A DNA stretch of 63,238 nucleotides, filler included, from Olpidium bornovanus S191 (lineage: Eukaryota; Fungi; Olpidiomycota), in NCBI GenBank assembly GCA_017911155.1. It is 31 parts of 31 records of this genome, joined end to end, with 100 filler letters (N's around TTAATTAATTAA, not from the genome) between each part and the next. Parts side by side here need not be neighbours in the genome. Positions count along the whole stretch, not along the records: positions 33,454 to 35,693 come from JAEFCI010000654.1; positions 35,794 to 39,924 come from JAEFCI010011633.1; positions 40,025 to 42,359 come from JAEFCI010008949.1; positions 42,460 to 46,022 come from JAEFCI010006723.1; 27 more parts are not named here. One strand, given 5' to 3'. The position numbers and the translations under genes are program-made. Positions 33,519-44,206 of the stretch are shown here, piece by piece. Numbering within the stretch: position 1 is the stretch's first letter; every line of letters starts with the position of its first letter. Under the pieces are notes generated by a model. It made no database searches and was not told the DNA's origin. It saw only the letters and a program-made list of their open reading frames with translations.

Positions 33519-35389
33519 CCGTGATCACCGTGATCACCGCCCGCGTGGTTCGCAAAGTGCACGCGCGACGTACAATGCGCGACATAGCACGCGCTTAAAT
33601 GGGGTGGTGGGGGGGCGGGTGGGGATAGCACAAACGAAAAAGCCCCCCCCCCCCCAAAAACATCTTTCAATGGTGCACCGAGACTAAGTCTCCGTTCCTC
33701 ACAGGGTAAACGAGGGAAGAAAATCTCTTCCGGGCATTTCAGCAGGCTTTCTTCCGAAGCCTGGCGTTCGAAAAGGCGTTTGGAAAAAAAAAAAAAGAAA
33801 AAAAAAGGCGGTCGCGTGCAGGTGAAACCTTGCCGAAAGGCGCCGATCTCTCTTTTTCCGAGAACCGTGATCCTCCTCCTGCGTTACCCGTCTGCAGCAC
33901 CTTGATCAGAAAGTCAGGAAAAAAGAGCGCGGCGGAGTTTCGTCAGCGGGGCTAGCCGCGCGTGATTTCATTGTGGACAGCAAAGAAACAATTGGGGAAT
34001 TTTGCTTGGGCATCAACTCGTGCCCAAGCAGCTTCGATTTTGCAAAAGGCCGGAAAACGAAGAGAGGCGCCATAAATGAAGAGAGGCATCAAAGTGCGAG
34101 GGGGCCCGAGATGGTCGTGCTCCGAGGCAGAACATTGTAAACGACGTTGTCGATATATTCTTGGGAGCGCCGATGCGAGAATGACATCAACTGTTTCCCC
34201 TCAGTGGATACCCGTTCCCCGCGAAAAGCAGTTTTTCTGCGGGGGTTTCGTTCGATGGTTCAAGGGAACGTGCGGTGGGCGGGCAGCGGACGCGTCGACA
34301 TGATGAGAACGAAGGCGGCCGCGGTGAACGGACGGCAGACGGGCGGCGGTCGACGGCGCGGCGGGTGGTCCAAGGACGGCGGTGACTAAACGACGGGATT
34401 TATCTGGGACACAGTGAAAGCCGGCGAAGCGCGGGGAGTCAAAAGGTTGGCGGCCGAATACGAAGGCGAACGACGAAAAAAGGGGCAGTCGTCGAGCTTT
34501 TCCGCTGAGTAATAAGGGCGGGGGTTCGGCGTCATTCCTCGAAGCGCCGCGTGAAAAGGTGACTCTGACTGGCTGGACCCGCCCGCGCTTTGGGCAGGCC
34601 GCAGGTGGGACTACGTCGGCAAATTTCAAGAGCCGCCTCGAGGGGCAATTTGTTCCTGAAAGATTCCGAAACTTGAAGAATCAGCCACGCCGTGTCCCGC
34701 CGTAGACAAGGCGCAGGACAGGATGGGAGGTTGTGCCGGGGGCGGTTCCAGGCAGAAAGGAGCTGGGGTGCATGCGGGAAAAAAAGGGGTTCGAGGAGTT
34801 CGATGCGTAGAGCTGCCTGGCAAGTAAAGAGTGATATTTGATTTTCGCTCCGGCCCGCGCCCAGCTTCGTGCGCGCGTGCGTGTGCGTGTGTGAGTGATC
34901 TTAACATTTCGGGCATCACGCATTTGTCCCGTGATGACGCATGCGCAGGCTTTTGCGGTGGATCCAAAACTGCACAAAAGGTGGGTGAGCGGGGAGGGGG
35001 TGTGTTGAGCCGATACTCTGGGGCCGGATGGAGCCGGCTCACGAATGGTTTTGACGCACAGGATGTTTTTTTCGCCGTGAAACCAGAACATAGCGGTTGG
35101 GGAATCAGCCTGGTACAAGAAGCGCATTGCCGTTTCTATGCAAAAAAAAAGAAAGCTGAGGGTGCAGTGCCGCGGACGGACGGGACAGGAGGGGAGAGTA
35201 GGTGAAAGATATCATCAGGGGGAAAGGGCCGTGCGGTAATATGGGCGACTCCCAAGCGCGGACGGCTTCCCCGGCAGAAATGTAGTGAAGGAAGGAAATT
35301 GCTGGAGGAGAAGAGGGCGGGTCGGTGGGGAATTGCATGAAAGGCGCATAAATGCTCAGAATTCGTCTCCCGGCGACTACTCCCGATGA

Positions 35390-35659
35390 CTAATCGCCGA
35401 GGGTTCGCGTAACGGCGTCGTTTGGTTCCAATAAACTGCAAAAAAAAAAGGCGGAGAACGAAGCAAACCGTAATTAGTGGCAAAGCGGGAACGCAGGGTG
35501 CGCCGATGCAATGTTCACCGGACAAAGTTCCAGAGGCGACATTATTTCGTCACCTACCTGTACTGCTTCAGCAAAGGGCACTCTCCGCCGTTCTCGAGAT
35601 CGATGTTGTAGATGTACAGGTACCCTTCAGATGTCACTACCATCACTTGGGGGGCGGTG
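35390..35659 (-). CDS. ATG18: Atg18/WIPI PROPPIN, last two exons (35659-35558, 35435-35390)
   Basis: [32 protein letters not shown]|LLEPN... is the conserved Atg18 C-terminus. Confidence 0.9.
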
Positions 35660-35793
35660 CTTTGTTGTTCGAGAAAGCGGAGAAGGGGGGGGGNNNNNNN
35701 NNNNNNNNNNNNNNNNNNNNNNNNNNNNNNNNNNNNNTTAATTAATTAANNNNNNNNNNNNNNNNNNNNNNNNNNNNNNNNNNNNNNNNNNNN

Positions 35794-37436
35794 CATGCCC
35801 GCCCCTGCTTCGCCCTGATCCTTTGGCAGCGCGCGGGAGAGCGTCCCGCTGTCGATCCCCGCGACCACCAGATTCAGCAGCGATGCGCCCTCTACGCTCT
35901 CGGAAGACCCGAGTGGCCGAGGAGGGCATCCCGTGCCGGGAGAGGTCCGCGCTGCCTCCGGGCGACCCGCGGTAGAAACCTCGTCGTCGTCGGACAGGTT
36001 GAATTCCACGACGTCCTCCTCGTTGCCTATCCATTTCAGGTTGGCGGCGTCCCAGGTCATCTTCCCTTTGCACAGTTCGGCTCTGATGGACCTTTGCCGC
36101 TCGCTGTCTTCGTCCGAGTCTGCGTGCTGCCCCGCGTGCTGCGGCGCCTCCGCAAACCTGTGGAGCGCTGCGTCATCCTTGAGCCAAGTGGACTCGTCGT
36201 CGTCCTCGAGCCAAGTGGACTCGTCGTCGTCCGCGTCCGCCGCCGCCTTTATCGCGTGCGCGGCCCGCTGCGCCGAAAATTTGCCTTGATCGTTCGCGGG
36301 AATTACGGCGGTCTCGCCGCCGTCGGACAGGTCGAGGTCGTCGGCGTCCTCGTCGCTCCCCGCCCATCTCGCGTTTGCCGCGTCCCGGGCCCTTCGCACT
36401 TTGTGCAGGTCTGGTCCGACCGGGTTTTCCGGCTCGATGCCTTCCCCGGAGTCTTTCTGCCGCGTCACGGCCGGCGGTGTCGCGGCAGGCCTGTCGAGCG
36501 TCGCATCATCGTCCAGCCAAGTTGACTCGTCATCTCCCACAACAGCCTCTGCCCGAATCGCGTCTGCAGCTCGCCTCGCTGGGAAATCATCACGGTCGGA
36601 AATAACCTCGGTAACCGGGCGTTTGAAATAAGACCGTCCGTCGAGCTTGCTCTCGCCGTCGAGCTCAATCTCGCGGCTCCTTCCCTTCGGCAGCCCGTCT
36701 GTTTTTTTGTTCGGCGGCCCGGAGCTGTCGTCCGCCCGGTCGTCCGAAGGCCCGAGAACGCCCGCTGCCTCCGAGTCGTTTCGTCCACCCGGTTTTTCGC
36801 GGTGCGGACTGCTCCCCGCCTGCCTGCCGTCACGGACGGCTCGCCCGAGCGTGACCGGCGGCCAACCGGCGGCGAGGAGTTTGCCCGCCGGTCCCGACGC
36901 CGGAGACCCGCCCGACCGCTCGTCGCCCACGATCGCCGGCGTTTCGCGCGGACGCTCGGCCTGCTTGCCGCGCAGAGGCAGCGCGAAACCGCGCACCACC
37001 AGAGGGGCGTTCGCCGCCGGCCGCGCAGCCCGCGGCTTCGGTCTCCGGAGCCCCCCGGGCCTCGCTCGCGGCGGCGGCGCCGCGGGGACGGTGTCGAAGG
37101 TCGCGGCCCACTGCAGCGCCCCGAAGTCGCCCCGCCGGCGCAGGGCCGTCGAGATCATGGCGTCGAGGTTTCGGAGCGAGTCCTGCGTCTGCTCCAGGAG
37201 GCCCCGAATGTTGTCGTGGGCGAGCTGGGCGGCGAGAATGTGGAGGCCGGAGCGGGCGGGGGAGGGGGGAAGGGGCGGAGGAGGGGAAGTGGGACGGTTA
37301 GAGGGCGTTTTTCGAACGACGGGAAGTCGCCTTTTAACATCACGGCCTGCCCGCGGAATTCGCCGCTCTTGTTTCCGCCTACTTGCACTGAAGCCTGCGG
37401 GGGCGCACGCCCCTGCCGGGTCCTCCGGGCGTGCAT
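35794..37436 (-). CDS. Byr4/Bfa1-like two-component GAP subunit (SIN/MEN), 5' part; probable exons 37436-37383 and 37224 to contig end
   Basis: Low-complexity acidic protein with KGKMTWDAANLKWIGNEEDVVEF, resembling the Byr4-family 'GM.(Y/F).P....W.GNE....F' motif. Confidence 0.45.
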
Positions 37437-38553
37437 TGCCGTCCGGACGGGAACGCGCGCCGGGTTATCCGGAAGACGGGGCGGGCGCGGAGGGACACGC
37501 GCGGGGTGGAGGAGAGGGGAAGTGGGGATGGGCGGGGGGGGGGGGATTTTTTTTTTTCCCCGCGCGCCGGTGCTGGGGTGCGTATCTGGGCCGCCTCGCT
37601 TCGTTTCAGCCGGGGGGCCGTGGGCTCGACCACCTTCCAGAAGGGGTCCGGCGAGCCGTACGGCGGAGTTTTGGAAATGATACCTTCGTCCGGGATCGAG
37701 CCCGCCTGGAACCCGTTGAGCCCCGTTCGCCCTCCGCCCGGCCCCCAAGTCGCCGCCTCCAGACGTCTTAAACACTGGATCCGGAGGGGCGCGGGTTGTC
37801 GCGGGAAGAGGTTGCCGTGGAAACCCGTCGGAGCTTTACGGGCGCAATTGCGAAATTTCCGAGCGGCGCTCGGGGGGGGGGGGAAGAAAAATCCGCCCTG
37901 CTGGCTCTCCCCCCATCACCCGGCACCCGGCGACACCCAGACAAACAAAAAAAAAAAAAAAAAAAAAAAAAAGGGAAAAAAAGGAAAAAAAAAAGAAGGA
38001 AAAAAAAGGAAAAAAAAGGAAAAAAAAAGGAAAAAAAGGGAAAAAAAGGAAAAAAATGGAAAAAAATGGAAAAAAAAAATGGAAAAAAAGGAAAAAAAAA
38101 AGAAAAAAAAAAAAAAGAAATCGCCCCGTCCGCCACATCATCTGCCAAGCCCTTTGTTCTCGTGTTGCAAAACAAGAACACCCCCTCCCCCCCCCACCGA
38201 CATGCCTCTCCAGAGCAGCAAATTCAGTACGCCGCGCGCGTTTCCGATCTCGCTCCCCGACGCTCCCTTCACTGTACCTGGAGCTTTCCGCGACGGGAAA
38301 GTCCGGAGCACAGGCTGGGTTTCGGGGCGCGGTACTGACAGGCCCGCGTTACGGCTTCCCGGAGAAATTTGGCCTGCACGTCAAGCGCACAAAAACGTAC
38401 GGGCTCCGTGTTCATATTTTATTCCGCCGTTCGATCAAGCCAAAATTTAGCTTTTTGCAGTGTATACGCAACGGACAAAGATTAAGTTTCGGGATGACGT
38501 TCTTCCTGGAAGCGGGCATGTGCACAATTACTGTCTCCGTCCCTGGTTCGAAT

Positions 38554-39827
38554 TCACGCCATAACCGAGTCCTCGTCCTGGTCTCTGTCAGGTCCTTCGT
38601 CGATGTTAAGGCCGGACAGAAGTTCCTCGAGGGGTATTTCCGGGAAGTCCTCCTCCTCCTCTTCCTCCGCCGCATCATTCTCATTCGGGCCTTCGTCGGC
38701 CATGCGGTTTGGATCCTCGTCCGCTGCCTGCATCTCGGCAGGATCGGCCCGGAAAAGATGAATGGTCGCGCGCATTTCCGGATCCTCTTCTATGTCCCGA
38801 AGGAATTGCTCGTATTCGCGACTGAAAATCAGGGCAAATGTGAAGGAGCGGTCAGCGCCGCACCTGTGACCGCGCATAGAAAATTGAGCGACGTAAGACG
38901 GTCGCAAAAATGCGTACTCCAACTTGACCTGATCCTGCTTTCGTGGCGCCATTTCCTCCTCTTCTTTGTTGAGACTCCGCAGCTTCCAGTTGCGAGGTTT
39001 GTTCTTCTTCCGCCTGTTGGGGTATGATTTCCGCACGAGCACCTTTTGCAAAAATTGGCGGGACAATCAGTACATCCCTCACGCCTTCAAACCCCACCCT
39101 CCGTGGGCATTGGCTAGCCGAGTTCAGCACGCACCACGGCAGGCAGCAACCGTTTGTCCAACGCTTCCCAACTTTCGTTGTTGAAATTGGACGTCCCGAG
39201 TTCGTAGCCCATAACGGTGTCCCCGGGTTTAAGGACGGCCCCGAGGTGGCTCCGAGCAAAGAAGGTCGTGTCGTTCCTACCAAAATCAACTGCCCTGGCC
39301 ACCTGCACGTCGGCGAGCACGAGCTTGCCGCGGGGGGGGCCGACGGGCTCCACATCCATGACATAGAACTCAGTCATTAACGCGTCAGATGCGAGTGACG
39401 CGAACGGCGCGCTCCAGTACACCGCCGCAGAAATGTCGGCAGCCTGTAGCGTGTTCGGGTTCAGCAGGTGGATGGTGCTGCCCACCCGCGTGCACAGCGT
39501 GAGCGGGTGGATGTTTCCCAACGACCGGGCCAACTTCTGCGGTAGGCAAACCAGGTCATTTTTGCACACCGGAGCAATTTCCACGGAGTACGTGAACTTG
39601 TAATTAGACGTTCCGCTGTGGATATCCGTCGATATTAGCTGCTCCGACGTTTTGCATGTCACGGGAACAACCGCCTTCAGAAAATCGACCATTTTTATCG
39701 CGTGCGACCGCTGCGCGTAGTGAAAATCCAGACCATCCCGCTTCTCTTTTATGTTCACCGTGTCACGGTGCGCGCCGTGCTTGAGAATGCGCTGCTCAAT
39801 GTACATGAGAGTCCGCTTGTGATTCAC
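38554..39827 (-). CDS. NMD3: 60S export adaptor Nmd3, 3' exons (39827-39135, 39042-38918, 38821-38554)
   Basis: VNHKRTLMYIEQRILKH...DGLDF...KTSEQLISTDIHSGTSNYKFTYSVEIAP...VLVRKSY...RNWKL...YEQFLRDIEEDPEMR. Confidence 0.96.
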
Positions 39828-40024
39828 CTAGTGAATGGTGCAGCAACACAAACATCACGAGGCGACGGCATTAAGACGCGATAGCGACGAAAATGCGCGT
39901 GTCGCATTGATTCGCCCAGCTCGCNNNNNNNNNNNNNNNNNNNNNNNNNNNNNNNNNNNNNNNNNNNNTTAATTAATTAANNNNNNNNNNNNNNNNNNNN
40001 NNNNNNNNNNNNNNNNNNNNNNNN

Positions 40025-41283
40025 CATGTCGCCGCTCCCCAGCGACCCGGAAAGCGGCAACGTACTCGAGGATGGAGACCTAGTCAAAATGTACGTTCGG
40101 GGTGTCGACAACGAAGAACGCGCCAAACGGACCAATCTTACTCGTCGCGAATGCCGCCCACGCAGTGAACTCGGCGCGCAGATCGATGGTTACAACGCGC
40201 TTCTTGCCCACTCCCTTGTCGTCGGTGCCTCCAAAGAGAAACCGGTGACCGGGCGCAAGGCTGACGTTTTGATGGCTGCCTACCAGTCAGCAGAAGCGGC
40301 GCTCCGGCTAGTCAAGCCGGGCAACAAAGTCGGTCTGCGGCTTGTCCCACTGTTTTGGCGCTTCAGCGAAATCGGAATTAAACAGGTTTATATACTCTGC
40401 GCAGAACATGGAGGTGACGGAAACAATCCAGAAGATTGCCCAGTCGTTCGGATGCATTCCGGTAGAGGGCATGTTGTCTCACCAGCAGGAACGCAACGTA
40501 CCTGACGGAAAGAAGCAAATCATCCTCAACCCGTCGGAGGCGCAGAGAAAGGAATTTGACCGCGCTGAATTCGCGGAGGGTGAGGTATACTCAGTGGACA
40601 TCCTCGTCAGCACGGGCGAAGGAAAGGTCGGTAAAGCCGCTTCCGTTCTCTTTGAGGAATCACCATGTTCTCATACTCCAACCTCCCTTTTTTTTTCAAC
40701 CGGGATCTTCTAGCCGAAGGACGGCACCTCGCGAACTACCGTGTACAAGAAGACGGACACGACATATCTCTTGAAGATGAAAGCTTCCCGTACCGTCTTC
40801 AACGAAGTCACAACCAAGTTCGGTCAGATGCCCTTCACTCTTCGTGCGATGGAGGACGAAAAGACGGGGCGGATGGGTATTATGGAGTGCGCCAAGCATG
40901 GGCTGGTAACCCCGTACCCGGTGTTCACTGAGAAAGACGGTAAGGCGTTACGTTTCTTTGCCGCCGTTGCCCGTGTTTCCCGTCAGCGGAACCTCCTCTA
41001 ATGATAACTTCTACTGACTGTTCGACCGTCCTTTACCTTTCCTGGATCAGGGGAGTTCGTCGCGCAATTCCTATTCACCGTCCTTCTAATGCCCGGCGGC
41101 CAGACGAGAATTACCAGCATGCCCTTCGACCTGGAGACCATCAAAACCGACAAATTGATCGAAGACGAGGCGATCAAGGCCCTACTGGCCAAAACAGTGT
41201 CGACTAAGAAGAAGAACAAGAGCAAGAAGAAGAAGAAGGCAACGTCTGCAGGAAAAGCCGAAGCGGAGGAATGCGACGAGTAG
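40025..41283 (+). CDS. PA2G4: PA2G4/Ebp1 (Cdb4, M24-fold protein), 3' five exons
   Basis: LEDGDLVKIELGAQIDG...VTGRKADV..AA...AEAALRLVKPGNKN...PVEGMLSHQ...YLLKMKASR...GEFVAQFLFTVLLMPGG, ending in a Lys-rich tail. Confidence 0.94.
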
Positions 41284-42127
41284 CCCTCGCTCGTCTCGCG
41301 ACGAAAACGAGGCTCTGTGTCGGTATGGACGTTCGTCTGCAGTACTATAACACAGAAAGCTGAATATGTAAAAAGTGCTGCGTGGCCCACATGTTCACGC
41401 TCGTCCGCGAGTATGCGCCGCTTGCTGCTCGTATGAGAGTTGCCTTCGCACCACCAAACGCCGAGCGTTCCGTTTGGGCTGAAAGCGGACGGGTCACGTC
41501 CAACGCGGCCGCGTCAAGCGCAGGCCGAACGCAAAATCCGCCCAGCGGTTCAAGTCACTGCAACGAGACTGCAGTTTGGGAAAAACGAAAGATCGTAGGC
41601 GGCGGGTAGTCCAAATCGAAGTTTTTGGGCGGGCAGATAACGGGCGTATGTTCGGTTTGAACCTCTTTAACGTGATACAATCTCACGGCACGTCTAAACT
41701 TGAAGCGCTGCATGGTTTGGAGCACAAAAAAATTTTCTCCTTGTCGTTTCCACGCGTCCGAGAAAAACCCGGGCGCATCCTGTCGCCTGTCGCCTCCGGT
41801 TGTGACTTACAAGCGGTAAGGACCTTTTTCCACTGCCCCTCGTGCACCTCGCTGTCACGGCTTTGCAACCGGCAGGTCAGGTGGGCAGATGAGACCGTCC
41901 GATGTTGGTTGGGTTGCCAGGAGGCAGCTCCTTCTGGGCTCCCTCGAGACTTGCAGAAGGTTTAGAAAGAATGCCCGCCCTCTTGCCCGCCGACCCACTG
42001 CCTCCTCCCCCTTCAGAGCGGTGCCACTCGAACCCCCCTTTAGACAGGGTCCACCTACCACCCGCTTCCGTCGCTCGACGGCCCGCGGAAAAGCCAGTTT
42101 CGCGGCGTTACTAACGTGCCCACAGGG

Positions 42128-42359
42128 CTAATTTACGTCCCCCTCCTTCCCTGGCCCGCGCGCCGGTCTCGCTATTGACGACCCGTCTTCCCCCCGCCCG
42201 CTCCCTTTTTCTTCCCGGTTCCCCTTCACGACGGCGGGCTCGAATTTCCTGGTTGTGAGGTTGAACACCGATCCCAGGAACAGGGCCACGAGGGTGCAGG
42301 TGAGCGTTATGACGTTGTAGGGCATGCTAAAGTCAGGCGTCGGCAGCGAGACGAGGAGG
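42128..42359 (-). CDS. GPI16: GPI transamidase subunit Gpi16/PIG-T, C-terminal fragment
   Basis: [39 protein letters not shown] is the diagnostic PIG-T C-terminal motif. Confidence 0.93.
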
Positions 42360-42811
42360 NNNNNNNNNNNNNNNNNNNNNNNNNNNNNNNNNNNNNNNNN
42401 NNNTTAATTAATTAANNNNNNNNNNNNNNNNNNNNNNNNNNNNNNNNNNNNNNNNNNNNAGAAGAGCTATGGTCTGTTCTGAAACAACGGATGTTTTTGC
42501 GTAACGGACGAAGCGTTTGCGAGTGTCAATGTGAATTGACGCTTTGGCGCGGAAAGAACTTCCGTATATGCGAGCCATGGGTCAGGGTGCGGAGGTCGCC
42601 ACGTTCTTTAGTCACGTCAGCGAGCTTCCTCTCAGCGTCGTGGTAGCTTCCTCTTCAGCCCTGCGACGGAGGGCCACTTCTCCGTCAGAGGAAGAAAAGT
42701 TTTTTAGGCGAAAGTGCGTCGGTTTCGCGCGCCAAACCACCGCCCCCCCTCCGCCCGCCCGCCCGCGAGCGCGCGTTCCTCTGCTTGAGGGATAAGCAGA
42801 CAAACGACACA

Positions 42812-44206
42812 ATGGCCCTCACGTTCAGGCCGGCGTACCAGGGCGGCCCCGCCGTGGAGCTGCTGGGCCCCAGCGGGAGCAACCCGCTCAAGGACTGGAC
42901 CATCCTGCCGTCGGTTGTTGCTTCGCTGCCAAACGTGCTGCAAAGGTATATTCACCAGAAACACCGGCAGCAGCAGCCGCAGCAGCGCCAGCTCGCCAAA
43001 ACGTACGTGAAAGACGTCAAGGGCTACGCCTTTGTGCTGGATCAATCCGTGAAGCTCACTATGCCCAAGAGTATGTGGAAGGGTGTCCGCAGGCTTTTTT
43101 CGGACTAGGGCCCCTCGATGTCTGGAGCGTGATTGCTGCCGAAGTCGCGTGGCTCTTAAACCAGCGTCCATATTTCCGGTGGATCTATCTCCAACATCAT
43201 CAAGCGCAGCTTTCCCAGCCGTATTTTGCCATCCAGGTGTGGGTCCATCCGACAAAACCGGTCGCATTTGAGCTATGGTGCGTATTTTTAGGTGCCGCGT
43301 GAAGCCCTTCCGGTATAGGCTGCTGCCTCGGCTGTCCGGATGCCGCCAAGATCTGAATTCATCTCTTTGGCCGTGCAGCATAGCCGATGCGAACAACAAC
43401 CACCGCCGGCTTTTCTTCAACAGTGCGGTGAAGGAGATCCGCGTCACGCCGTTGCACGTCACCGTACCTTTCTGCGGGTTGCGCCGAGAGGAGGTGGGTT
43501 TAAAGGAAACATTGGAAACCGGAAGAAAATGCTTCAAAACGCGGACACTCACACATTTTCTTTTCCTCCAACGTCTTCCTGGCTTCGTTTAGTGGATAAC
43601 GCTCGTGGTGGACATACCCCAAATCGTGCAGAGATGCTTTAAGGGCCAGATTTACCGGTCGATCGTGTCGATAACCATCAGCGCGAGCTGCAAGTTGCGC
43701 AGGATCTTTACCGTGAAGGAGCTGCTTTACACGGAATTCGGTGGGTCGCGGCAACCCAACTCAGGGAGCACAGCTTAATTTCCTAGAGGTGGAACCCCGC
43801 CCTGACCAGGCGGGAGGTGTCCTCAGGCGTCGAGCTGCCGCTGCCCAGCACGTTCCAATTCCCACGAGGAGTGCCGAACCACGTACAAATGGTCGGTGCG
43901 GATGGAGCTTTTGATGCCGGTAGGCGGGTTTCGTTGGTGAACTTGAACCTCCACGCTGTATCGTTTTGGGCTCCCTCCTCATCAAAGGTTGGCGCCCAGA
44001 CCAGTACCAGTCGTCAGACGCTGCCGAGGTGCCGCGCTTGGACGTGCCTCTAGCGCCATTGCGCGGCCCTGGGGTAAGATCTCGCGACGTGAAGCAGCAG
44101 CGCGTGCTGAACGCGGAGATAGTGTTTGGCCGCCGTTTCGCTGCTGGCGGAATGGTTGGAGGGCTCGAAGAAAAGCCGGCGCGCGCCGGTGAAGGCAACA
44201 TCGAAG
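42812..44206 (+). CDS. CFAP20DC: CFAP20-domain-containing protein (CFAP20DC/C3orf67, DUF667); low-complexity exons probably continue to about 45900
   Basis: Five blocks match in order: AYQGGPAVELLGPSGSNPLKDWTI (cf. [24 protein letters not shown]), KDVKGYAFVL, NNHRRLFFNSAVKEIRVTPLHVTVPF (cf. [23 protein letters not shown]), WITLVVDI and ISASCKLRRIFTVK (cf. VSANCKLRKIFTLK). One splice junction near 43740-43790 has an unresolved phase. Confidence 0.85.

Noticed and set aside
38540-38560. GGTTCGAAT as the T-loop of a second tRNA
   Set aside because: The flanks do not form a T stem or acceptor stem, and the site lies at the NMD3 stop/3' UTR on the opposite strand.
32472-41283. Apparent ribosome-biogenesis cluster (RPL31, NMD3, PA2G4, and later DBP10)
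   Set aside because: Each gene is on a different contig separated by artificial spacers.
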